A stretch of DNA of 64,000 bases from assembly GCF_009914755.1 (NCBI RefSeq), contig NC_060941.1; one strand, given 5' to 3'. The translations under genes and the position numbers were made by a program. This document shows, piece after piece, positions 25,852 through 37,215 of this stretch (within the stretch, counting starts at the first letter, position 1; each line of letters starts with the position of its first letter). This DNA is from the human T2T-CHM13v2.0 reference genome, Homo sapiens. The notes below the pieces were generated by a model, which was given only the letters and a program-made list of their open reading frames with translations, was not told where the DNA came from and did no database searches.

Positions 25852-26980
25852 TTGCCTGAACTGGTTTCAGTGGTGAAAATCCTGGTGCTGACATGGACAG
25901 AATCCATGAAAGCATTTCGAGTCCTAAGTCAGCTGACCTATGTTGGGATGTGGCACATGTTGCATCGTCTGCCTTTGAAAAGGGATTTTCTGCGAGGGCT
26001 TGCAATGAAGGCACTCTGATCAGAAAATGGCGGAAGGAAGTCATGCCCCCAAAAGGAGCCATTAGTGAATCCCACTATTAATTGTTAAGTCGTAGATTCT
26101 GGGCTCAATACTGCCATTTTCATGATGTTCAAGTGATATAAAGGGCCAAACAATGTGAATCTCAAAACTAATGTGGGAATAGAATACTTCCTGCTCTTTG
26201 ACTGTTTGACTAAGCACATACATCAACCTTTCCATATTTTTATTTATTTTATTCTGGCTTGTTTTGGGTTTAAGGGGAAACTTTCATGATAATTTTACCC
26301 TGAAGCCATTTTCCTGGAATGTGTCTAGGCAAGGGATTCCAACTGGAACCCGTGGAGGCCAGGAAAACACTAGTCATCAGGATGTACTGCTTCATCTGGG
26401 GAACACCATAAGGGACTCAACTCCAGGCACTGGTGTCTGGCTCTTGTGCATTTGCTAAATTGACATGACTCCAGGATCTGTAGCAGGCGCACACATCCTT
26501 GATGAATACAGTGAAGTCTTGTTTTTACCAGCACTCAGTTGGCCAAATATCTTTTCCAGCAATGAGATATCAGAGGACACAGTGAAGTTATTCAAATTAG
26601 GGTGGAAAAATCACCAAAATTCACTTAAAATCATGTTTATCGAAAGTCCAGTGGGATCAGGTTAGGTAGTAAATAACAATACAGAATGAATATTTTAACG
26701 AGATTACAATTTTAAGCTTGTCTTTTTTCCTTTATGTTTCATTATTTACTCATTGTACATTCACAGAAATACATTTGCTAAGCAAAGAGAATGACATTTG
26801 GAAGATAAGTGATTAAATAGTGTCTAAACTAGTTGCAACAACTGACACCACCACCAGTAACATGGGCTGTTCATTGAATTCTGGCAACAATTAAACATCT
26901 ATTCATCAGTATCTAAGATAAAAAAATAAAACTTTCATCTCTAAAATAGTAAGGTATATGTTCAAACAATGCATCCTTAA

Positions 26981-27105
26981 TTTTTTTTAGAGACAGGGTC
27001 TCACTGTGTTTCCCAGGCAGGTCTTCAACTCCTGGCCTCAAGCAATTCTCCCACCTAGGCCTCCCAAAGTGCTGGGATTATAGGCGTGAGCCACCACGCC
27101 TGGCC
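26981..27105 (-). mobile_element. FLAM_C-like Alu monomer with TSD
   Basis: Antisense left monomer; TSD ATCCTTAATTTTT at ~26973-26985 and 27106-27118. Confidence 0.88.
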
Positions 27106-27429
27106 ATCCTTAATTTTTAAGACTCCAAATTAAGTTGGAATAGACTGATATATCTAAATCAGATGAAGCATGTTTCTCTTTAAACAAGGGAACTTACAAA
27201 ACAGAAGTATTTTTGTTACGTGAGCTAAGAGGCCATAAAGCCTTATTTGACAGTGTGCTACGTACCCACGATGGCAGCATGAAGACAAAAACAGTAGGAA
27301 TCAAAGCAATTGTAATGTGCAGATAACATGGTTCTTTAGGGTCAAAGGAAGGCTTCCTTTGTGCTCTATTAATGAAGCATAGTATTCATGATGCATGAAC
27401 GTGGAATGAAATCCGAATGTCCTTTGGCA

Positions 27430-27586
27430 CAGAACCACACTCATTTCATGAATTGTTCATGAATTATTGATGGCTGCTTTTACAAAACCATGGCAGAATT
27501 GACTAGTTGTGACAGAGACCATATGGCCTACAAAGCCTAAAATATTTAATATCTCACCATTTATAGAAAAAGTTTGGAGATTTCTG
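27430..27586 (+). mobile_element. MER58-like hAT-Charlie fragment
   Basis: tggctgctttt...ggcagaattgactagttgtgacagagaccatatggcctacaaagcctaaaatattta...tttatagaaaaagtttg. Confidence 0.75.
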
Positions 27587-28181
27587 ATGTAAGCTCCAAG
27601 AAGCAGCCAACTTTGTCTGTTTTGTGCACAGACATTCTAGCTCATAAGGAAGGCACTTTTCGAATTTGTCTGTAATGGATGAATGGACAGACAGATGGGT
27701 GGATGGACACAGGGATGGATAGACAGTTCCCACACAATGTTAGAGTTGACCAATGGTCAGACCATACATTTATGGCAGCAGAATCTACAACCTCATGGGA
27801 GCTTATCCCACAGGTTTCAGCCACTTACTATGAAGCAGGCTTAGAAAAGACCAAGAGTGGGGCTCTCCCAGGAAGAAGTGATAGATGTGGAGCAGGTGGT
27901 ACTGATGGAAGGGGCTGAGTGGGGTCTGTGGAGGCCACCATAGTTGAGGAGGATGTGGAGGCTACAGGCGCTGATGCACAGGGGAAAGTTGGCATTAGAT
28001 GCCAGCCTGCATGACCCGAGAACGCAGAGCAGCTCCCGTGATAAGGCTGTACCCAAACTCCACTTTCTAAATTTCATTTTCTGTTCCTTTCATCCAAATC
28101 ATCCCTCACCTATCAAAGGACTTTTCCACCCCTGGCTCCTCCTGTGCTCGCCCACCAAATGCAAGGGAGCTGTTTGCCTCA

Positions 28182-28422
28182 TGCTATGGGCTGTGTCCCC
28201 ACAATTCATATGTTGAAGCCCTAACCCTGGTGCCTCAGAATGTGACTGCATTTGAAGATGGGATCTTTAAAGAGGTAATTAAAGTGGAATGAGGTAATGA
28301 GGGTGGCCCTAATTCAATCGGACTGATGTCCTTATAAGAAGAGATTAGGATGAAGGTGTGCACAGAGGGTCAACCATGTGAGGACACAGGGAGAAGATGG
28401 CCATCTACAAGCCAAGGAAAAG
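28182..28422 (+). mobile_element. MLT1B-like MaLR LTR, 5' part
   Basis: tgctatgggctgtgtcccc...aattcatatgttgaagccctaaccc...tttaaagaggtaattaa...gagaagatggccatctacaagccaagga. Confidence 0.8.
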
Positions 28423-28454
28423 CCTGAGGTGACACCGTTTCCCAGGATCCCCGT

Positions 28455-28755
28455 GGCAGACTGATTGCATTTGATCACTTCCAGGATGAAGAGGGTAGCA
28501 AGATGTTCTCCCTGGAAGAGGCACTTACTCTGAATATGGGCTTATCTTCTCTGCCCGCAATCCTTCCATGGAAGTACGATCTGTTAACCACAAACCTTTT
28601 CACCATCATGGTGTCCCACTCAGAATTGCTCTGACTCAGGAAGCTACTTTATATCAAAGGAATGTGGCAATGGGTCAGTGCTTGTGGAATTCACTGATGC
28701 TGCCTTGTTCCCTGCCTTCCAAAAGCAGCTGATCTGGGAGAATAGTGGAATGGAG
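28455..28755 (+). mobile_element. ERVL-type internal (integrase) relic
   Basis: caccatcatggtgtcccactcagaattgctctgactcaggaag...ggcaatggg...ggaattcactga...agcagctgatctgggagaatagtggaatgg resembles the ERVL integrase stretch HGIPHSIASDQG...QWA...GIHW...AAGLIERWNG. Confidence 0.65.
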
Positions 28756-28918
28756 ATTTTTCTCTCTGAGGCAAAGGAAAAAAAAAAAGAACTTTACCTG
28801 ATTATGACTTTCTCTCAATAGAAGCACCATATTGCCAAATGCTGCAGACACTAATACGAATGGATGACAAGGCAGCAGTCCTTGCCAGCACACTCAAGCA
28901 GGGTCAGAGAAGACACAT

Positions 28919-29381
28919 TGCAGTGGGTGGAATCACGGCCCCTGAATTATCCAGGCCCTCGCCCCTGGAACCTAGGAAAGTTCCCTGACACAGAGAAAGG
29001 ATCTTTACAGATGTGATTTAAATTAAGGTCTTGAGAAGTGGGGGATTATGATAGATGACCCAGGTGGTCCTAAATGCAATCACATGTGTCTTTATCAGAG
29101 GGAGGCAGAGGGAGATTTTACTACAGACAGAAGAGGAGGTGGCCATGTGACCATGGAGGCAGAGGGTGGAGGTGGCCAGCAGCCACTAGAAACTGGAGGA
29201 GGCGAGGATTGGGGTCTCCCGGAGCCTGTGGAGGGAGCGCGGCCCTGCTGACACCTTGATTCCAGCCCAGTGAGGCAGGTTTAGGACTCCTGGCCTCTGA
29301 ACTGTGACAGAATAAATATTTATTGTCTTCAGCCACCAAGTTTGTGGTAATTTGTTACAGCAACCACAGGAAATGAATATA
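28919..29381 (+). mobile_element. MLT1D-like MaLR LTR
   Basis: tttacagatgtgatttaaattaagg...gggaggcagagggagattt...ggccctgctgacaccttgatt...agccaccaagtttgtggtaatttgttacagcaaccacaggaaatgaata. Confidence 0.85.
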
Positions 29382-30140
29382 TCCATGCCAAAATTAATAC
29401 ATGCATTCCATTTTATATTCTTTTCCAACCTTAAAATAAAACCAACAAGTGCTTCCAGATTTTCTTTTATACTTCTCTTTGTGCATTCAGTTCAGTAAAT
29501 GTTCAAAAGGATAATACATTTATAAAATGTGATGCCAAATTGCATAAAATTGACCAGACTGAAGGGGAAAATTTACCATTTTATGAAATAAAATATAATT
29601 TACAGATGACCAGCATTAATTTATATCATGTCCTGCTTTGGGCTTCCAAATTCTGTTGGCAATTTTACCCTGGAAAAATATCATGAACCAAATAGGAAAA
29701 CTGGTATTCTAAATACATTTCCTTCATGTGACACACTTCTTGTGTGTGGATGTAATGAGAATTCAAAAAAAGAAAAAAAATGACGTGTTTTTATTCCTCC
29801 CTTTATTGCCAAAATTTAGGCAGCAAAAACAGGCACCAAAGGAATGAGTTAAGACAGATTTAGAAGAGGACAAGTGGAAGCCAGGCAGGGCAGAATTCTA
29901 AGATGAGGGTCAAGATCCTCACCCTCCTCCTTAGCGGTGGCCCTGGGATGTGATGCGATGTCACTCCCGTGGTTATGGCACATTACATGGCAAAGACGAT
30001 TTCCACAGATGCGGAGATACAGGCTCTTCTCCTGATGGTCTTCAAGGGGAAAAAGCCATGTTGTGGAGACAGCCACCTGGCAGGGAATGGATAGGCTTTA
30101 ATCCTTCTTTAAATGTTTGGTAGCATTCAATAGGGGAGAA

Positions 30141-30565
30141 TGCTGTAGTTTGCATGTTTGACCCCTTAAAAGTCTCATGTTGAAATTTATCCCCAGTGTT
30201 GGTGATGGGGCCTAATGGGAGGTATTTGGGTTATGGGGGTGGATTCCTCATGAATAGATTAATGCTTTCCCTCAGGGTGAGTGAGCTCTTGTTCTACTAG
30301 TTCCTGGGAGAGCTGGTTGTTAAAAGGAGCCTGGCACCTCCTCCCTCTCTCTCTTGCCTCCTGTCTTGCCCTGTGACCTTTGTGCACACTGGCTCCCCTT
30401 TCCCTTCTGCCACGAGTGGAAGCTCCTTGAGGCCTCACCAGAAGCAAATGTTGGTGCCATGCTTCCTATACAGGCTGCAGAACTGTGAGCCAAACAAATC
30501 TCTTTTCTTTATAAATTACCTAGCCGCAGGGATTCCTTTATAGGAGCACATAACAGACTAAGGCA
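30141..30565 (+). mobile_element. MSTB-like solo LTR
   Basis: tgctgtagtttgcatgtttgacccc...gaggcctcaccagaagc...ttctttataaattacc...cagactaaggca. Confidence 0.88.
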
Positions 30566-31112
30566 TTTGCTGTTTTGTATAAATGGAATCACACAACATG
30601 TGGCCTTTTGTGACCGGCTTGTTTCACTTAGCATCATTTTTTCAGCATTCATCCATGTGGTCATGTGTATCAGGACTGCATTCTTTTTATGGCTGAATAA
30701 CAATCCATTGTATGTACACACCATATTTGATGCACTCCTCACTCCTTCATCTGTTGCTGGACACTTGGGTTGTTTACCCCTTTTGGCTGTTATGAATAAT
30801 ACTGCTATTAACACTGGCATGCAAGTATCTGTTTGAGTCCCTATTTTCAATGCTTTTGGGATTATACCTAGGCATGGAAATGCAGGGCCATATGGTAATT
30901 CTATGTTTAACTTTTTGAGGAAACTCCATGCCGTTTGCCACAGTGGCTGCACCATTTTCCATTCCCACCAGCAATATACAAGAGTTTCAATTTCTCCACA
31001 TCCTTGCCAACACTTGTTATTTTCCATTAAAAACATTACAGGCATCCTAGTAGGTATGAAGTGCTATCTCATTATGGTTTTGAGTTTCATTTCCCCAGTG
31101 ACAAAAGATGTG
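30566..31112 (-). mobile_element. L1MB-like 3' fragment
   Basis: ORF 30509-31045(-) resembles the L1 ORF2 C-terminus (NNKCWQGCGEIETLVYCWWEWKMVQPLW). Confidence 0.85.
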
Positions 31113-33909
31113 AGAATCTGGTGGCCCAGTGGGCTGAGCGATCTGCTGGGCTGGATGGTGGGGAGGGTTCACCTGCCTCCTTTGTCCCCTCCCAGAGCTC
31201 AGGATGCTTTGTGATGTGGGCCTAAACTCTAGTCAGGAGAGCACATTCTCTGCTCAGGTGCTTGAGGTGGCTGTGAGCTTCAGATGATGAAGAATTTTGT
31301 TTGGTTTCTTCTGCATTTTAGTGAGCCCTGGAACTTTGGTTCCATTTTTTCATTTGTATGGAGTTGGGATCATCTTTCTGCTATCTGACTGCATTCGGTG
31401 GTGTCCACATTTGCCAGTTTGGAAAAAACAAGTACCCAAATCAGATAATGAAACCCAAGGGCTGCCCACTGAAGCAGTAGGCTTTCATCTTCCCTTCCCA
31501 ACTCCCATTTTTCTAAATCTATTATTGGGATGGAAACACCTAGGGATGGGGACTCTTGGGAGATTTAAACATCAGTAGTCTAGAATAGGTTGAGCAGGGC
31601 AGTAGTCTAGAGTAGGTTGAGCAGGGACCCCCTGCTAGGCATGGGGCAGGCTTCCAGGGCTAAGCCCCACACTGCAGTGCAGGCTGTGGACTAGCTTCCC
31701 TGCCCCCTGCCACCTGCCCAATGCAGGAGTCTCTGGGCCATGCCATTCCCTTTTGGTGGGCTGGGCTGGGTAGTGCTGCTGGCCTCTGGCAGGCTGGTGG
31801 GACCCACAGGAGCTGTCTCAGGGGCTGGACCCTGCAGAATGCAGCCTACATGTGCCTGAACAGCTGAGATTCCATGCCCCACAATTTAGAAATCCATGTA
31901 GAAAAGAATTGTTTATTTGAGATTGGTGGAGAAGGATCAGAAGACCATATTTTTAAAACCAATGTATATATATGTATGTATGTATGTATTTTTTATTTAG
32001 TTTTGCACCTACACTATACACAGGATCAATCAATTTTAAAAATGAATAACACGGAAACGAGACAGATCTCAATGAAACCCATGTAAGATTATTGATCACA
32101 TGATTCTTAATCACGCTCTCTCAGGATCTCAAACTCACCAAAATTGACCTGCCTCCTGGATTCCGTGGTGAACAGGCTGTGAGAGTGTCCCTTCTGGTTC
32201 TGCTCACAGGCTACAGAGGGCAGTAAACAGGAGGAGAATCTGTCATTGACTCAAGAGCAGCCAGAGACCCTTAGCAGTGGAGGGAGAAATAGGTGTACGG
32301 GACTCAAGACCCCTTGCCCAGGAAGATGAGCAGGTCCTGCACCCCAGTTCCTGCCATGGGGTCCAATAAGAGGAACTTAGTGTCAGTGATTTCTTCTTCT
32401 GAAGAGAGGGAAGGGTAAGACTAGCCATGGCATGAAGCCTTGGGCAGAGCCCAGGCACACTGAGCAGCAGAGCCATCTCTTGGGTAAAGGGCATATGGAC
32501 ACTCAGAGACAAGTGAGCCATTGCCTGGAGCCTCCAGAGGACGGCAGGCTCATGCCTGGAGCCAACACAAGGAAAAGAAGTCCACCCAAGGGGGTGCTCA
32601 AGTCCCAGGCAGAGCCACCCTGTGATTACAGGGCACCCACCTCCCCGAGCACAGCAGAGGGCAGAGGGCTGCAGCTCTGTGCACCTGAGTGTCAGAGAGC
32701 TCCACACAATAAGGTCACAGGCAGCGCCCGAGAAACCAAGCAACCTTGCAGTCACCCACTCCCAGGCTTCTAGGGAATGTTTTCCCAGCCAGATCCTGAC
32801 AGCCCGGACCAGAGCAGCAGGGCCATGGGCCATGCTCACACATGGCAGTTTCCTTGAGTCACCCAGAAAGTCCTCCCCCATCCTCAATCCCAGCAAAATG
32901 ATGGCCTTACTTCTCACTACCAGCCACGATGAATCTTCCTGAATGGATACATTTATTTACCAAGGAAGGACAGTGTTTTTTCCTCTTTGTGCTGAGTTTG
33001 GGGGAAGTTTAGAATATCCCAGGAAATGGAGCTGAGGGAAAAGGTTGGCTTCAGCTCTTTCAGAGAGCCGGCTTGGACTTCTGGAAACTGACCAGCACCT
33101 GGCAGGGGGTTTGAAGCCAGGTGGGACACCCATGGTCATCCCAGGTTTCTTCACTTGTTTCTGTGAATACTGCCTTTAGGAAACCAATACAAAAAACAAA
33201 AAACAAACAAACAAAAAAACAAAAAACAAACCCAAGCACTCAGGGACTTAGAAAGTGAGAAGACTCATCAAAGAACAAGCATCAGGACCTGGTCTTGTCA
33301 GTCCTTCCAGGCCCTCGTTCTACTGAACTGCATAGCCACCAGGGTGCCAGGGCTGCACGGGAACCAGACAGTCACAGTTCTATTGTTCAGTCTCCAGGAC
33401 AAAAAGAAACCAGAACCTTTACATATCCTGAACGTGGAACTAAGATTTGGGAGTCTTGAGGCTCTAAGTTCAGAAGGGTGATGAACAATGGCCATGACTG
33501 AATATTTGGGAGGAGAATTGCTTTCACGTGTCCCCAGAGATCCCATCCACCCCAGTTGGAAGCTGGGGACACCAGCACTGTTTCCCGACTCTTAGCTTAG
33601 GCTCAGCTGACCCCGAGCTTCCCCTGCCCCTCCCTGTATGGGAACCCAGCACTCCTGGCCCAGCCTGTGTCTTGACAGTGGGGAGGGAGGCTGAGGGGCA
33701 GGCAGGAAGGGCAGAGCCCTGGCACACCTGGCAGTGGAAGGAGAAGCTGTTACTAGGCAGGGCAAAGAGCACAGGGAGCCCCACAGTTCTTCAAGTAGCA
33801 CTCGCTTGCTCTCCAGCAACTGGAAGGAGCCGATGCCATGCTGGAGACATGGAAATTAACTCACAGCCCACCACCTTCCCCCAACCACAAGACAGCCCTG
33901 CCTGAAAGT

Positions 33910-34835
33910 AGGCATACTTACCTTAAAAAAAAGCTCATATGGACAGGCAAAGGAACTGGCAAAGCTAATGCAATTTTGAAAAACAAGGCCAGGGGAGGTG
34001 GCTCATGCCTGTAATCCCAGCACTTTGGAAGGGTGAGGTGGACAGATCACTTGAGACCAGCAATTGGAGACTGGCCTGGCCAACATGGCGAAGCCCTGTC
34101 TCTACTAAAATCACAAAAATTAGCTGGGCCTGGTGGCACACACCTGTAATCCCCGCTACCCGGGAGGCTGAATCGCTTGACCCCAGGAGGTGGAGATTGC
34201 AGCGAGCCAAGATTATGCGCTCCAGCCTGGGCAACAGAGCGTGACTCTGACTCAAAAAAAAAAAGAAAGAAAGAAAACAATAATAAAGTTGTCCCTATTT
34301 CAACACTTTTAACACAGTGAATAAAGACTGTGCCCATAGGCAGAGGGACAGACACTTCGATCAACAGGACAGAATGGAGACCTAAATTAAAGTGCCCAAG
34401 TGATTTTTGACAAATGTGCTCAAGCAATTCATGGGAGGAAAGGTGGCCTCTCTGTCACAGGGAAGTAGGGAAATCGCACATCACAGGCACAGCAAGCAGG
34501 CAGGCAGAGAGAGAGCTCTTGACCTAGACTCTGAAGCCTCACCATGTACAAACATTCACTCGAGGTGGATCACACACTTCAATGTGAAATGCAAACCTGG
34601 AAAATTTTAGGGAAAAGGATTCTAAGAGAAAAGTTAGGTATCTAGGGCTAGGTAAAGATCTTTGAAAGCTTGACCACAAAAGCACGATCTGTAAAGAGAA
34701 GTGGATAAATTGGAAGTCATCAAAATAACTCATGCTCTATGAAAGACCCTCTTAAGAGGATGAAATGACTAAACACAGACTGGGAGTCTGATCCAGGACT
34801 CACATCCAGAACGTATAAAGAAACTCTTCAATAAC
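33910..34835 (+). mobile_element. Old L1M ORF2 remnant interrupted by an Alu
   Basis: gatcaacaggacagaatggaga...tttttgacaaatgtgc...aagtggataaattgga...acatccagaacgtataaagaaactc. Confidence 0.65.
33987..34278 (+). mobile_element. Alu (S/J)
   Basis: Full dimer with an A/GAAA tail. Confidence 0.92.
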
Positions 34836-36582
34836 TTGATTGGGCCTCCCCTCCCTGCCTAGAAGTTCCCAGGCTCCTGGGCGCCCCCTTGGAATTAGAG
34901 AATCTTTCGGGGTCCCCGGAGTGACTTTCCTTCCTGCATGTATGACAGGAAGGGGAACCCAGGCAGGAATTTACAGACACTGTACTCGTCCTAATGGAAT
35001 GGGCATCTATTGCATGAGACACACCACAAGCCACTGCCCAACAGCAGAGAGACTATGGCAAAGACAAGAGGGACATGCTGCATGGGGCAGGTTGCAGGCC
35101 AGAGTGCAGCCATGCTCTGGGGCCTCCCGGGGAGATGGGGTGCACGTCCAGGTGGGAGAAGTGAGCTTTCAGGACAAGAGGAGGGATGGCTTTCCAGGGC
35201 TGGGACCAATTCCTTCCTCATCTTCCATCTCTCAATTCCACATTCTTCCTCCTCACTCACCACAGTCATGGGGGCTGAATTTCTGAATTCCTAAGACTCT
35301 CCTCTCCCGGGGAACTGGTGGCTGTCCTGCCCACCTCTCGGATGGCTCCTCCCATCCCTGGCCACATCCACCTCTGGATGCTTCTTGCCGTCACACAGTC
35401 TCACAGCCAGCCCTGCAACTGAGCGCCCACAGTGTTTAGAATCCTGCAGCCGCTGGCCCCAGGCTTTGACTCCATGGGCTGAGGCCTTTAAGGACATCAG
35501 CAGGACCAAGCCAAAGGAGTGCCGCCCACCCAGCCAGAGAACACTGATGCAGGGAGATGGAAATAGGATTTAGTTACTGAGACCTTGTTTACACAAAAAT
35601 ATTCTAAGAGAACTCATAGATTGGAGGGAGTAAACCTGTCTCTGTGGCCCATGGAGAGCGGCTCAGGACAACTGGGGTCATGGAGAGGAGCCAGGAGCAG
35701 AGGATGAAAAGCAGGAAGTTTCAATGTATGTGGTTTAAATGGCCTGGCTCAGCAGGACCCCAGGGGTTCCAAGTCCACTCCTGGTGAGGCCCTGAATAAC
35801 TCGTCTCTGCAGGCAGCAGGGAGCCACTGCAGGTGTGGGAGGGAGGGAGGGTCATAATGAATAGCGGGTTTGAGAGATTCCTACAGCGTTTTCTTCCTAA
35901 TCTCATGATGGGGTTAGGTAAGCAGCCTCGGCCTCAACCCCGCTCCTGCTGCCGCCTCTGCCCTCAGATTCTGCCTCTGGGTCTCCAGGCAGAGGTGCTG
36001 CTGCCCCGGAGAGGGTGCTTGACCTTCCAAGGGTTCCCGCTGCTCAGAGGCACACAATTTAGCATATAATTAGAGCATGGAACAGGGAATACTGTGCTAG
36101 TTCCTGGGAAACATTTCTTCTGGGCACAGTCCGCTGCATATGCTGCAATTGCACTCAATGGCCCACCCACAGGCTTTGATATCACAGATCCATTTTAGAT
36201 CCTTTCTCAGAAAGGAATGGAAAGAAAAGAAAGTTGAATGCAAATTAAGTACACTCTGTCACAGCCTCGCTATCAGGGTTTCCTGGATCTACAGCACATA
36301 AACCTTTCAAACATCACACTGACTACAAAGCAGTCATCGGAATGATACTTTTGCCAAATATTCAAAGAAAAGAAGCGCAAAGCATTGACAAAGGTTCCAG
36401 AGGGTGCAAAGAAAGCCTTTTTATTGCTAGGCATAAAGCTATCACAAAGCAACAGGGCTGTGAGGGTCCCCAGAACAAATTAGTACATACAAAAAGACTA
36501 AGTTGCTCCCTTCCACTGGAGCTAGGAACACCTTGAAAAAAACGAACTGGGGTTGAAGGCAGATAACTCAATTACATATATC

Positions 36583-36588
<6 letters not shown>

Positions 36589-36628
<40 letters not shown>
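36589..36628. repeat. (CA)n microsatellite
   Basis: Pure CA run of about 40 bp. Confidence 0.95.
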
Positions 36629-36629
<1 letters not shown>

Positions 36630-36631
<2 letters not shown>

Positions 36632-37215
36632 TTTGCCAGATCTAAAATATACTACAAAGTGTCTCTACTAAAGCCATAATATACAGCACAGCAATAGACC
36701 AGCTGACCCATGAAGACTACAAAGCCTGGAAATATCCCAGCTATGTGTGGGAATTTGGTATATGATAAAGGCATCATGTCAAATCACTGAGGAAAAGATG
36801 GACTTTTAAATAAATAGTGTTGGGGAAACTAGATGGCCATACTGAAAACAATGAGATTGGGTACACATCTCACATGTCACACAAGATCAAACTCTAATTG
36901 ACTGGAGATTTAAATGTGGAAACTGAAACCATGTAAGAACCAGAAGCGAACATGAGTAATTCTGTGAAAACCTGGGTATAGAGAAGGCTTTCATCATTAT
37001 GCTTCAAAGAATCTGATGCACTCACAGAATGAACTAGCAAATTAATACATAAATATTAAGCGAAACCTTTTTACATGGCCAAAAACACCATAAATGACAG
37101 CAAAATACAAGTAAAAAATTGGGAGACAATGTTTGCAGCAGATAGGAGGTTAATCTAGCTAATATTTAAAAAGTCTTGAAATTGACGGAATAAAAAGAAA
37201 AATGTGAATACAAAT
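36630..37215 (+). mobile_element. Old L1M ORF2 remnant
   Basis: atatgataaaggcatc...ggacttttaaataaatagtgttggggaaactaga...aaattgggagacaatgtttgca. Confidence 0.65.

Noticed and set aside
32243-32942. 224-aa and overlapping ORFs (likewise 48685-49197 and 49294-50100)
   Set aside because: No recognisable homology or domain. Such lengths are expected by chance in GC-rich DNA, and some run into Alu sequence.
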